Origin: the human T2T-CHM13v2.0 reference genome, Homo sapiens
Assembly: GCF_009914755.1 (NCBI RefSeq)
Contig: NC_060925.1
Strand: one strand, 5' to 3'
DNA: 64,000 nt
Both the position numbers and the translations under genes were made by a program. A model generated the notes under the pieces. The model was not told the origin of the DNA, searched no databases, and saw nothing but the letters and a program-made list of their open reading frames with translations. This document shows positions 1 through 13,274 of the stretch, one piece after another. Within the stretch, counting starts at the first letter, position 1. Each line of letters opens with the position of its first letter.

Positions 1-289
1 TAAAATAATGTGGTAATGGGAAGAATCCCCCTAATTTTGAGGAGAGGAAGTTAAGAAAGTCATAGCTGGTTTGGCCAATCTATTATAATGCTAATGACTT
101 TCACAAACCTATCCAATAATTAGGTGATCCACATTTTATTTTGATAGTTCTTTTCCAAGTTTAAACATATAAGCAGAAAAACGTATTTATTAGATAATGC
201 AAGTAGATTATTTATAGTATTATCAAATGTAGACTCACATGGAGCCATTTCTCAAACAGCTGCTCTATTTTATTATTAATAAGAAAATA

Positions 290-500
290 ATAGATAATAT
301 TTACTGAGTACTTACGAAACTCAATGCACTATCCTAAACTTTTAAAGTGCTACCTTATTTTATTCTTGAACCCCTCTTTAATATAGACATCATTTTATCA
401 TTTCTTTATAATAATAAATGCTGAATTTCATGGACCAGAAGACTGGATGGACCCCAAGTTTACTCAGCTGGTAGGTTGTTCATCTGAAATTTTAACTTTT
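290..500 (-). mobile_element. MIR SINE fragment
   Basis: Degenerate antisense MIR core (atttactgagtactta...cccaagtttactcagctggtag). Confidence 0.4.
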
Positions 501-689
501 TAAGTTGTGTACTTAAAACGCATTTTCTTAACATGTTGGTAATACTGACCATCTTTGCCTTTTTAGATTATAGTTGACCTTGGTTTTTTTAGCTTCAAGG
601 TAGTGATTATAGCCCTTTTTTCTGGATGTCTAACATTTTCATGAAAATCCTTTAAAACCTACATTAAGAATGAGTGTCAGCTATGAGCA

Positions 690-900
690 TGAAATCAGGC
701 AGAAGCAAGAAATCCCTTTTTTTTCACTTACTATCTGTTGATCGTGGGCACATTTTCTTACTTCAATAAGCCTCGATTGCCTTGTCTATAAAATAAGGGT
801 AAAAATAATCATAAGCTACTTCTCATAAGAAATAATTCTCATAAGAAATAATTAATGCATGTTGTTCATCAAGCATGCTCCCTAGCCCATAGGAGATGGC
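690..900 (+). mobile_element. MIR SINE fragment
   Basis: cacttactatctgttgatcgtgggca...gcctcgattgccttgtctataaaataaggg resembles MIR core; 16-bp tandem duplication ttctcataagaaataa near 830-860. Confidence 0.5.
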
Positions 901-944
901 CAATAGGTGAAGTTCTTATCATATTTTTCAAAATTTTTTTGAGA

Positions 945-1093
945 AGTATTTGCAGGTCCAAAATCATGGCTTAAACACAAGCTGGCTTCACTTTCCCCCA
1001 CAGAAAACTAAAAATAAGTATACAGCACCAATATTATCTCCAGCAATATCCCAGAACTCAAATATGATAGTCAGATCTCAGGGCCACAGAGAA

Positions 1094-1133
<40 letters not shown>

Positions 1134-1645
1134 GAGCCAGTGGTAGGAGAATAGGCTTTGCATGTCTTAGATGCCCCTCCCCGCAATCTTCCTGGCACCA
1201 AGCATGTGAAAAATTTCCCCTAACTCAGTTTCTACACTAGAAAAAGTGAGATTGAGGTGGACAACTGGCTTTTTCACTGTCAGGTTCTTTGTCAGAAGTT
1301 CTGTCCATGCCTCAATCCACACGAAGCAATGTGAGTGCCTGAAGGAAGACATATTTCTGAGGAAAGCTAAAGACAAAAGAGAGGAAACAGGACTATGGTC
1401 CCCACTCCTGGAAATCCTGCTGTATAACTCAGTCAAAGGAGATGCCAAAAAAGAGTGGCTGTTCAGCAGCACTACTCATGAAATGTATGTTCTACAGGTC
1501 CCCTGGGCAGGAACCCACTGCCAGGAGAGTCCCTTTGGAACCTCTGTCTTTCCAGATGGGTCTCACGCTGATCCTTTACTAAAACTGAGGCAAACTTGGC
1601 TTAAGGAGCCATCTAGTGTCAAACAGGAGGCAGTGATCTAGCGGG
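945..1645 (+). mobile_element. Old L1 (L1M2/L1MA-type) 5' UTR fragment
   Basis: gaaaaagtgagattgaggtggacaac...gagtggctgttcagcagcac...ggcttaaggagccatctagtg matches recalled L1M 5'-end consensus; relatively GC-rich against the flanks. Confidence 0.6.
1097..1129 (+). repeat. Pure poly(A)33 tract
   Basis: 33 consecutive A. Confidence 0.98.
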
Positions 1646-1699
1646 ACAAAAATATAAGAAATTCAACAAGTAAATTACAAAGAATCTCTAAGCAAATAT

Positions 1700-3030
1700 A
1701 TCCAGTAAAAACAATGAATGTTATCTATGAATGGTATGTTCAGAACAATTTGCTATATGTAGAATAATCTTAATTTTTGCTTTTTTATATTTAATACAAA
1801 ATTATTTCAGTCCAAATATTTTCACAGGTAACATGTTTTACCACCATTCAAAGTATCAGTGTTGAACAAATATATTTACAAGTAAAATTGTCAATAAATT
1901 GATTATTTTTATTATTCTTTTGAATGTTTCTCCAAAATCAATAATCCTTTCAATTTCTTTTTATGATACTGAAAATAAATGTATACAAGTAAAACCAAAA
2001 ACTACAGTAAAGCATTTTTCCCATCAAATAAGACTTTCTAAAATGCAATTATAGGATTTTAAAATTAAATTATGTAGAACATTTACATTCATATGCTTTA
2101 ATTTTTTCAGTTCTATATTTTGCAAGAACAATTTCAGTGTCTACCTGCTTGTATGCTTTGTCTTCAATAATTGCAAGTCTTCCAAAAGCTTCAAAAGTTA
2201 AAATTCCATTGATATTCTATGATTAAATACTTTCAATTATTTTAATAACATGAAACTATGTATTAAAGAACTTGGTTATTAAAAAATCAATATAATTGTA
2301 AAATGCCATAATTTACAAAATCATTCTTTGTCAGCTCAAACATTTCTAAAATTGAATTGTTGATGGGCTGCAAGAAGAGAAAATATATATTGCTGTAATG
2401 ATAAATTTGTGTATGTGCATCCAATACCAGCTCTTTCACAAAAATTTTATAGTCGAATTTCTCTGAGTATGTATAGGATACTTATAAATTTAGATCATTA
2501 TAGCTTACAAAATACTGTAGCTTATTTGGATTATAAATTATACATGTACTATAACAAGTTTCCTGTATATATCTGCTTTATAAGTTTATTAATTTATGAA
2601 GAAACAATGTTTTGCTATACATTGACTACACAAAATATGCAGTCATATCACCATGAAAGCAAATATATCTTCAATGTTCACCTTTATAAATGAATTCACA
2701 AAGATGTTCAAAATAATGGAGATGTTTTGCTTTCAACAGAATGAACTTCCAAAAGATTTACTTAAATTCCACGAATTGGATTCAAAAGAAATCAAACCAT
2801 TATTGGAATTTAACTAATTTTTCAATTTGAAATTTCACAATATTGGCATAAATCTACATGAGCTTATACTATGGAAATTGTACGTATGTATGTATGTTTA
2901 AAAGTGGATAAAGTCTCTTATGTGTGTGTATGCATGTATGTATATATTTAAATCATTGATGCCAAAAGTTTCTAGTGCCAAATAAAAGTTACCAAAACTA
3001 AAACCAGTAAAAATGTATAAATTGAAATTA
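1700..3030 (+). mobile_element. Highly decayed hAT (Tip100/Zaphod-like) transposase fossil
   Basis: Collinear, frameshifted motifs VQNNLL (1738), SKYF..TT..VEQI (1811-1872), ECF (1922), C*WAAR (2358), SSAK*KLPKLK..KMY (2971). Confidence 0.5.
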
Positions 3031-6029
3031 TTTGGTGAATGAAAATCCATTATAGAAAGAACAGAATACTCTCTAATAATGTTTCCAAATTTCTAATTGA
3101 TACTAATCTTTGGGATTCGAGAACTAAAAATCAGAAATCATGGTAATTTTTACAAATTCCTGAAGTTATAAATTATTCTGCATTTTTCATAATATATCAT
3201 TTACATTATTTTAATAAATAATGAGTGGCCATAATAATGAACAGCAAATTATTCTTCTGTGATATGGTTATACTAAAATTTTCATAGATTTTTACCTTTT
3301 AACAAGACAATAATAATGAATGCATGGTTTTCCTTATTACTGTAATGCAATACATCATTATAAGATTATATATTTCAAATAAATATAAATTTATAAGATT
3401 ATATATTTCAAATTTGCTATGTATACATAAATTTGTTATATATACATAAACATATTAAAATGGTCTCTGCTACATAGACTTTTGAAAACAGAAACCCTTA
3501 AATTAAGGTAACATTAAAAAATAAATAAAAATCATTTAAAAATTGAAATACATTCAAGACATAGAACACTTTCTCTCATTCTGCATTTACCTTAATCAAA
3601 TTTTTAAGAATGGTTCCAAAAGCATCCTCAAGTTGGGCATTAGGGTATGTGTTATTTTATATAAGCTCATTTCCTTTTATAGTGATGAAAATGTCTTGTC
3701 TCCCTGCTCTTATTTTAGTTTTGCCTTTAAAGTCAATTTTGGTTTTGCTCATTTATATTATAAATCAATTACTGATTTCACTTGTAGTATTTCAGAACAA
3801 CATTCACATCTTTTCTTCTTTGCATTTCCTCTGGTAAAGTATATTTTAAAACATGGCCTACACTGAAAATTCAAACACTAAAAAATGAGAGTGAACATTA
3901 TTGAGTAATAGTCAAATAATACAGTATTTGTATATCCTGGCAAGATAACAGCACTAAGTAGAATCACATGTCAAAATTGCCGATTTAATGACTTATTTTG
4001 CTTTCAGAACATGTTTCTTGGAACACCACTTATATTTTTTGGAACATCCCTCATAAAATTTGCGCAATGTATTTTATAAGTATAAACCTATTACTTTTTT
4101 TTTTTTTGCAAGAATGACTCACCATTAGCAGCAGACGGAGCCAAGAACATACAATTATATAATGGCAACAACTATAAGCAAGGCTGATTGATAAGATCAT
4201 GGCCACTTCTTTCCATTGTGCCCCTGTCCCATTTCCTCCAGGCTGGCTGATTGCATTTCAAGTACACAAAATAGTTCATCTCTAACACTCCCACTTCTCA
4301 GATTCTGTGATTGCTCAATGACCTATACCATGTGACATATTACACATAAACCCAGAAGTAACCATTAGATAACTTGCCAACCTGCCTGAAACAAAGGATG
4401 AAATTGTGCAGTGAATTATGTATTTATTCCATTTTCAAAGCAGTTAACTTCAGAAAAAATTGCCTAAGAAGCCTATACATTAATATCTTGGAGGTTTGAA
4501 AGATCAAATTAGGCCATCATTTGAATGCTTCTGTATCACATCAGAAAGAAAATCAGATGACCTTGAAGCCACTTAGAGCCCTGCAATATGGCTGAATTTT
4601 TGAAACAAGGAATTAATCCATTAAGTTATCTCCACTGACTGTTAGCAGGCTGATATTCTGAGGCTGATATGAGCTTCCATACTGCTTTGAGCTAAGTGAC
4701 TGTAGAAGAAAGAAAAGTCATACTAAGCTGCCATACAAAAAAATTAATAATAAAATATACAACAAACTAGCTTAGGTGTTTAAAAATTTATATAGTTACA
4801 ATTTGCATCTAAATAAAATATGGTCATTATTTTTAAATCACTGTATTCAGGGAAGCAAGTTATTAATATTAAGGTTGTGACAGAAGTAAAGGAAATTTAC
4901 AAAATGTACAGAAATTACAGCTAAATCCAAAATGGGCATATCAGTACATAAGTAAAACACATTTTCTTGATATGCTTGGCTTCTATCCCATACCACTAAT
5001 TACTTCTCAGCTCAAATGGGCAAAATCGTTAGTGTTTTGCTCTGCAATAGGTGAAAAGATACGTTTCTTTTTTTTTTTCTTTCCCTGTGGAAAATTGTCT
5101 GCATTGTACTGCAATGCTGAGCAAGTTTATTCTCAGCAGCATGTCTCCTCAGACATTTTATGGCAGCATGGGGAATATTAAATGTAAGATTAATAAATAA
5201 TTACAACTGTGTGTCCAATCTTCAGTTCATATTCAAAAGGAGTTTTGAATAGGTGAGACATCTGAAAGGAGTTCTGAAAACAATATATTTATACATTTCA
5301 ATTTAGATTTGTTCCAGAGTTAAAGTACAAATATTTACATATTCCATGCAAACTTTACATATAGAATTATTTTAACCATTGCCAGTATACAGCTACCTCC
5401 AGGGAGAAATGCAATAAAAAACTGAGCAGCAGGAAAACATAGTAAACAACAATTTTGGACAGCAGGTAAAGAGTCTTGTAAACAAAGAGAATCTGAAATT
5501 AGAGAAAGAATTTTTAATTAGGTGGAATTTAATCACTCAGCTTGAATTTGTCTACATTACCAGAACAGGAGCATTTTGTTGTTGTGGAAAGTGCTCTCAG
5601 ATATTTCATTAACAAACCAAGCAGAAAATCCCATTTCAGTTTTATCCACTGCCTCTCTCTCTCTACCTAAGAGTATAATGCAACGTGAGCTTAGCTTATC
5701 CATCATTGCACAGTGATGTGATAATGGAATGAGTACATCATTTGCAATGTGATATAGGTTCTGAACTTTCTGGAAAAGCCCCAAATTCCTACTTGATCAG
5801 TAGTCCTTCGTGTTAGGTTCCAAAGTTATAATCACTGTGACTATGAAAGAAAAAGCTGTGGACGTTTAAAAGAACACTTCTACTTCCAGCTCTACCACTC
5901 ACTGTGTGACCTAAAATGTCTCTTAAACAATTGAGATAGCAGTCTCATTCTCCCTTTTTATGCAAATACATGGATGCTAAAATACCAATTAGCCCTCTCA
6001 TTCCATGGTTTAGCTAGTGTTAAGCAAAA

Positions 6030-6230
6030 TGGCCTAGCAATTAAAAACACAGACTGGTACCATGTGCCTGGATTTGAATCCCAGCTCTGCTAATCCCAAC
6101 TCTGTGTTACCCTGGGGAGGATATTTAATCACTCTGTTCTCGGCCTCAGCTTCTTCATCTATAGAATAGACTTGATGATAATGATAATTTTTCACAGAGT
6201 TGCTATATGAGGCTTCAGTGAGTTGAATGT
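6030..6230 (+). mobile_element. MIR SINE
   Basis: gcctggatttgaatcccagctctgc...tttaatcactctg...cctcagcttcttcatctatagaat. Confidence 0.75.
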
Positions 6231-6394
6231 ATACACATATATATATACATATATATAGAGAGAGAGGGCACCTAAAATAGCACAGAATGTAATGTAAATT
6301 AATATATGTATTAATGTAAATTAATGTATGTATTGATTAAATAAACACACATTAAAAAGGACAGCATAGGAGTTCAAATTTGCTACTAACTTTT

Positions 6395-6570
6395 TCATTC
6401 AGTTGCTATTCTTTCTTTGTACTCCATCTCATAATACCCTAAGAAATAGGTTCTTTTCTATATGAGAAACCAGATTAGAGAGGTTAAGAAACATGCTCAC
6501 AGTTTTGCCCAGTTAATGACATCTGACATTTAAATCCTTGTACGTCTGGTTTCAAATCTGTGCTCTCTAA
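6395..6570 (-). mobile_element. MIR SINE
   Basis: catctcataataccctaag...gaaaccagattagagaggttaagaaacatgctcacag. Confidence 0.6.
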
Positions 6571-6665
6571 ATACAATCTCCCCAAAGTTCCCAGAGGTTT
6601 TGCAAGCTGGTTATTATCCTGTTATAATATGTCTCGGTCCTGAGTTCATTGTCTGCAAAAATCTG

Positions 6666-6891
6666 TGTGGTGGTTAATTTTAGGTGTCAACTTGATTGTA
6701 TTAAGGGATACTAGATAGCTGGTAAAGCACTATTTCTAGGTGTGTCTATAAGGGTGTTTCCAGAGGTGACTGGCAAATGAATTGGTGGACTGAGTGAGGA
6801 AGATCTTTGCTCATTGTGGGCATGCACCATCCAGCGGGCTGGGGACTCGGATAGATAGAACAAAAGAGCAGAGAAAAAAAATTAGCTCTGG

Positions 6892-6962
<71 letters not shown>

Positions 6963-7283
6963 TCAGAGCTGGGACACTCCTTCTCTTGACCTCAGATATC
7001 AGATCTCTAGGTCCTCCAGTCATTGGACTCCCAGAATTGCACCAGCAGCTCTTCAGGTTCTCAGGCTTTCTCCCTCAGACTGAGAACCTCACCAGGGGCT
7101 TCCCTGGTTCTGAGACTTTCAGACTTGGACTGAGCCATCACCGCATACCAGCATCCCTGGGTGTCCACCAGGCAGATGACCTATCATGAGACTTCTCAGC
7201 TTCAATAATCTCATGAGCCATTTCCCCGAATAAGTTCCCTCTCATCCATCCATCCATCCAATTAATTCTTTCTCTTTGGAGAA
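6666..7283 (+). mobile_element. MLT2B-like ERVL solo LTR
   Basis: Starts tgtggtggttaattttaggtgtcaacttga; ends ...ttcagacttggactgagcc...ctctttggagaa. Confidence 0.85.
6892..6960 (+). repeat. (CT)n(TG)~26 compound microsatellite
   Basis: Direct inspection. Confidence 0.98.
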
Positions 7284-7375
7284 AGCATGATGTTTGGTAA
7301 TAAAGTGATTAAAAAGCAATTCCTCTGGTTTAGTTTCTCACTATAAAGAAAAGCAGTTAAAGAACCAGAGTCTCA

Positions 7376-7670
7376 GCAGGGGAGGGAGGCTCACACCTGT
7401 AATCCCAGCATTTTGGGAGACCCAGCTGGGAGGATTACTTGAGGCCTGGAGCTCAAGACTAGCCTAGGCAACACAGTGAGACCCCATCTCTACAAAAAAA
7501 TTTATAAAATAACCGGGCGTGGTGGCTCATGCCTATAATTCCAGCTACTTAGGAGGCTGAGTCAGGAGGATTGCTTAAACCCAAAAGTGTAAGGCTGCAG
7601 TGATTTATGCTCATATCACTGCACTCCAGCCTGGGCAACAGAGTGAGAGAAAAACAAACAAATAAAAAAA
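7376..7670 (+). mobile_element. AluJ, inserted in a MIR (about 7350-7890)
   Basis: Dimeric Alu with J-type ggaggattacttgaggcc and gctgcagtga; cagagtct repeated on both sides; MIR core resumes at about 7680. Confidence 0.9.
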
Positions 7671-10228
7671 CAGAGTCTAGAGTCTAGACTAGACTGCCTA
7701 TGTTTTTATCAATGACCTTGGGTTTAATCTCTCTGTGCTTCCATTTCCTCTTCTGTAAATGAGTATAATAGTATCTAATTTAGAGAATTATTTCAATATT
7801 AAATCAATTAATAAAAATAAAGCATTTGAACGGTACCTGGTGCATAGGAAGGACCATGGAAATGTTTCTTGCTAATACAATTATTACTACTCCTACTACT
7901 ATGTGGGAGGGTTGGGGGTGCATTATAGGAGAGACCTTTATTGGTACTACATAGATGTAATCATGGTCCTACAGAAATGGGTAAATGTGCTTCCAGCTTT
8001 TATTCAAACAGAAAGTCACTCTTCCTGTCAAAAGGGATTTAATCCTCCCTCCTCGCAAAGTAATGCTTCAGTGTGTAGAAGGACATTGATCCCCAAAGAA
8101 GAAACACTTAAAATACTCAGCTTAGAGATACAGACAGCTGGAGATTATACAGGCCCAACTAACAATAAGCAAGAACGTTGAAAGGAAGCAAAGCCTTCCA
8201 TGGAAACCAGTTGTTCAAGATAGAGTGCCTAATAACTAGTCTGTAAGTACTTAAAAAAAAAAAAACCTCTAAAATCTAATGGAATAAGTCTGACTGAACT
8301 TGACTTGGATAAATGAGAACAGTGTCACATATAGAAGGAAGTGCTGGCTGGAACAGAAATATTTCCTTGGCTACACCTGTTCAAAGTTTTCAATAATCAG
8401 TGAGTGAAGAGCAAAAGGAAACTGATTTCAGAACTCTTGTACAGCCTTAAAAGTTTATGTATGTAAACAGAGTATAGCTCTCAGTAAAGAATGTACCCTT
8501 AGTTGTTTTTCCATATTCATAGAATCCTAAATGAAAGAGCCTCTTCCAGTATTGTAAAGGAAAGTTTCCTGAACCAGCTGGACCCCACTCAGCTGTTAGA
8601 TTTGATATACTGGTGCTCAGAATGTGCAATATAAGTAGGCCTTACAATAGTCTCTCTTAATAAGGCTTATTTCTGGGTGGGCTCTTCTTAGATTTGTCTT
8701 GGTAGGGTTTTGCTTTCCCATTTGCTTTTTCCTTTGTTTTCAGCAAAGGAAGAACTGAATAGATCTATCGAGAGACTCAGTGAATGGGTCACTAAGAGGA
8801 TTGGAGATTTTAATAGACTCTTCTTTTTCCTACCCACACAGCTAGCTATTTCCTAAAACTCTAAGTTTGAAGGATTTGAAATAGAACTTTAAATATTATA
8901 CAGCTGAATCATCAAAGGGTTTTAAACCTGCCACTGGATGAAGGACAGAAAGAAAGAACCATCTGATCTAATGACACGAGTTCTTAGCAGTTAGAATGGT
9001 TCCCCTGGAGCAGAACAGAGAAAAACAGGAAAGGAAATACTTAATTGAACCAAAATAGTCTGCTAGGACATACATGGAAATCAAAGCTTTAAAATGACAA
9101 ATTAAAATAAAGAGTAAAGAAAGCAAAGGTGATTTTAACTTTCTCTCCTAGAGGCGGCTAACTTATCTAGGACAATGGTCCCCAGATGCTAAGAAAAGTG
9201 TTGGTCCAATAATGTTTTCAATTGTCCCCTGCAAAGTAAGGACAAAGTGATATTTTTTTGTTAAATATAATGTATCCAATTTAAAATATTATTTCTTATT
9301 TTGGGAGTATGTTCTACTTACATTTTGGAATTAAAACATCCTCTCTTTGGAAGGAATGGTGATAACATGTGGTAGTTTTTATTATTGTTTAATTTCAATG
9401 TCCCTGCCTCAAATTAAAGGTCAGCAACACTACATTGCCCCCAAATCAAAAAAGAAAAATGTTCTCTCCTGTGAAAAACAAAAGTTGAGACCCAACAAAC
9501 TGTCAATGTGCTTGCAGAGGATGGATCAAAACTACCTTGGAAGCAGTTTCAAAACAGGCATTGTCCCTACTCTCCTGTGTGAGCTCTTAGGGAAGAAAAG
9601 TAGAAGGAGGAGGAAGAATCTAATACAAATGTTAATTAATATCCACTGCTTTTGGGGGAGAATTGTCAACTATCATCCTTGGAAGACCCAAGTATTCTTT
9701 TTATTTTCCTTGACTTTATTCACCTCTGTGTACAGGAAACAAATAGTTTACAAAGGATTTTCATAAATAAGTTGAATAATATTTTGGGAAACAAGTTTCT
9801 ATGTTCCATGTAGAAAGATCTTTGACAGACAAACTTCAATCAAATGACAGCTCTTTTCATAAAGAAATTATAATATTAAAACTCTAGGGATATAACAAAT
9901 ATATTCTTGACTGTGGTGGCAAGCTAAATAAAGTCCTTGAGCTAATTCTAATGGAGAAAGTTTCTACACATAAACCAAATAAGTAGACATACTCTATAAA
10001 TATATGTTTTTTGAGCTCTAAAAAGCTACATGGAGGAAAACTAAACCAAATATTCAAACTATACAAGACGTGTGAGAGAAAGTGCAAAAGTAAATCTAGA
10101 TTTTTTTTAACACTGTGAGGCAAAATAAAATGTTTAAGATACTGAGTTTCTCTCTGTCCTTGTGGAGGTCACAGTCTAGTATAATCCTTTGCTTTAATAA
10201 AGCTGATTTCCTCACTGGCCTATATTTT

Positions 10229-10330
10229 CTATATATATATATATTAAACCAAGTATAATTTATATATATATATATTAAACCAAGTATAATATATATATAT
10301 TAAACCAAGTATAATTTATATATATATATT
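10229..10330 (+). repeat. Minisatellite, 3 copies of (TA)n-TTAAACCAAGTATAAT
   Basis: Three near-perfect units visible. Confidence 0.95.
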
Positions 10331-10484
10331 TCAGATATATAATGAAATTTAATTGCTAAATAAGTTTTACATAAAATGTATTTCCACTAAAGGCATTGCT
10401 TCCTTGCAATGTTATACTGTATCCTGTCCCTCCTCTCTCCTCACCCTCATGCCAGCATTGTGTCAACTCTTCCTATGCAAATCC

Positions 10485-11605
10485 CATTCATTTTCTAATG
10501 CCTATTTAGTGTATACAAACACTGAATGCTAAGCATGTGCCAGGCACTTGCTTGGCCCAAAAAGCAATGAAGAGCAATTATACAGTTTAAGGACATTTGT
10601 GTTTTAGAATCAAGACAATGGAGTGGAATATGGCTTGGAAAAAGTCCTGAACAGGGGAATCCATTAGATGGCCATTGTAATAAACTAGAACAATGGTTGT
10701 CAAAATGTGGTCGCCGAACCGACAAAATCAAAAGCACCTGGCAACTTGTTAGAAATGCAAATTTTCAGGCCCCAATCCAGACCTACAGAATCACAAAATG
10801 TAGGTTCCATCCCAGTCACCTGTGTTTTAGCAAGCTTTCCAGGTGGTGCTGGTGCATAGTAACGTTTGTGAACCACTTGTTTAGGATACTAGTGGTGGGA
10901 GACAAGATGAGTGACAATGGGTTTGGAGAGTGGAAGATACGCTTTCCAGATGCGATAGAACTGAAAGACATGATAACAGATTAGATGAAAATGGAAGTAA
11001 AATATAATTTCAAGGTTTATGATTTGAGTGATTGATGCCTACTAGAGTCTTTCAGAGATCTAGGAATAAAATATTAAGTTTGGGGTGGTTGGCATAGAAA
11101 ATAAATGGTTATTTCTCATTGGGATGTGTCAAATCTGAAATACTGGACATTCAAATGCAGACATCCAGAATGGTAGTGTAATAGAGAGATCTGAATGTAG
11201 AAAAAAAGATTATGATAAAAGTGATTTTAGGAGTGATTAAAGTTGAAGAGCTAATTAAAATCGTGGGAGCAGAAGAAGTCACCCAAGGAGAGTTGAGAAG
11301 TAGAGAAAACTGAAAGTAGAACGTAGAAAACACTAACATTTAAAGAACAGATTAATGGCAAAACCTAGGGAAGAAAAAACATAATTATGGTATTTTAGAA
11401 ATTTAGCAAGGCAAGAGTTTCAAGAAGTGTAAAGTAGTCAACTATTTTAAATGTCACAAGGAGATTAAGGTAAGGATATATGTGTCCATGAAGTTTAGTA
11501 ATAAAGATAGTTGGACCTTTGCTAAGAAAAATTTTGATGGTAAAGAAGTCAGATTACAGTATGAAAAAAATGAATGAATTAGAACTGCAACATGTAAAAA
11601 GCTTA
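10485..11605 (-). mobile_element. L2 LINE fragments (split by MER5A)
   Basis: Antisense L2 3' end (cattcatt...atgtgccaggcact) followed by purine-rich L2 body. Confidence 0.6.
10691..10879 (+). mobile_element. MER5A hAT-Charlie MITE
   Basis: caatggttgtcaaaatgtgg...cttgttagaaatgcaaattttcaggcccc...tttgtgaaccac. Confidence 0.85.
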
Positions 11606-11960
11606 GAATTTATCGCTCTTGTCTTTACAGCAAGGAACAGTTAAACAAGCTGAAAATAAACAACTTTCTCACACCCATCAGAGAACTGAAGTTTCAGGGC
11701 AAATCATCACCTCAAAATCCGGAGAAAAGGAACATCCCAGAAGAAAGAGGCCAGATCTGTTTACCTGGTGGAAAAGCCACTGGAGCCATAGACTGATATG
11801 AACACTCAAATAGTAATTTTGGCCAATTACTGGGGAATGAGGATGGACTGGAGTGAATGTGAGAAACACCCGGGAGCCAGTCTTGTGGGGGCTTCCACAA
11901 TACCACAGACTCCTTTCTGGTGAAGATCGAATAAAAACTCCTTCCTGACTCTTTCAGCGG
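11606..11960 (+). mobile_element. L1MC-type 5' end
   Basis: aacaagctgaaaataaacaactttctc...cccatcagagaactgaagtttcagggcaaa. Confidence 0.55.
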
Positions 11961-12376
11961 CAGTGTTTTGATTACCTCCTCTTCATCCCATTGGTGAGGA
12001 AGAGAGTCCACACTAGCATTATGGGAATGACTAAGCACACAACATCCAACATCAGACAAATGAGATAGACAGCAGTTTATTAAACAGACTCACAGCACAG
12101 GGAGGAGGATACCACAGGCAATACAGAGACATATGGGATTGCACTTGGGAGCACAGTAAACAATCAAGGACTGTGGGAGGCAGGCTTTGTAATATCAAGA
12201 GTGGAGAGCACCCTCAGGTCCCATGTTGGAATGTGATTGGCCTGTCTGAATAATTCTGCAAGCTGGCAGGGAACTGAAACCTGACACTCATTGATGAGAG
12301 GGATCTGCATTTGGTCTATTTGATAAGGAGGGCTGGTAGACTAGGGAACCTCATCCAAGGGAGCACAGTTGGCAGG

Positions 12377-13234
<858 letters not shown>

Positions 13235-13274
13235 GAATAACTTGTGGTTAGGCCATTCAGGACCCTCTCATTTT

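Noticed and set aside
1246-1641. 131-aa ORF in a GC-richer block
   Set aside because: Lies in an L1 5' UTR remnant, has a non-ATG start and no recognisable domain.
5557-5784. 75-aa minus-strand ORF in unique DNA
   Set aside because: No recognisable domain, non-ATG start, no convincing splice signals.
9347-9766. 139-aa ORF
   Set aside because: TTG start, composition typical of random AT-rich DNA, no motif.
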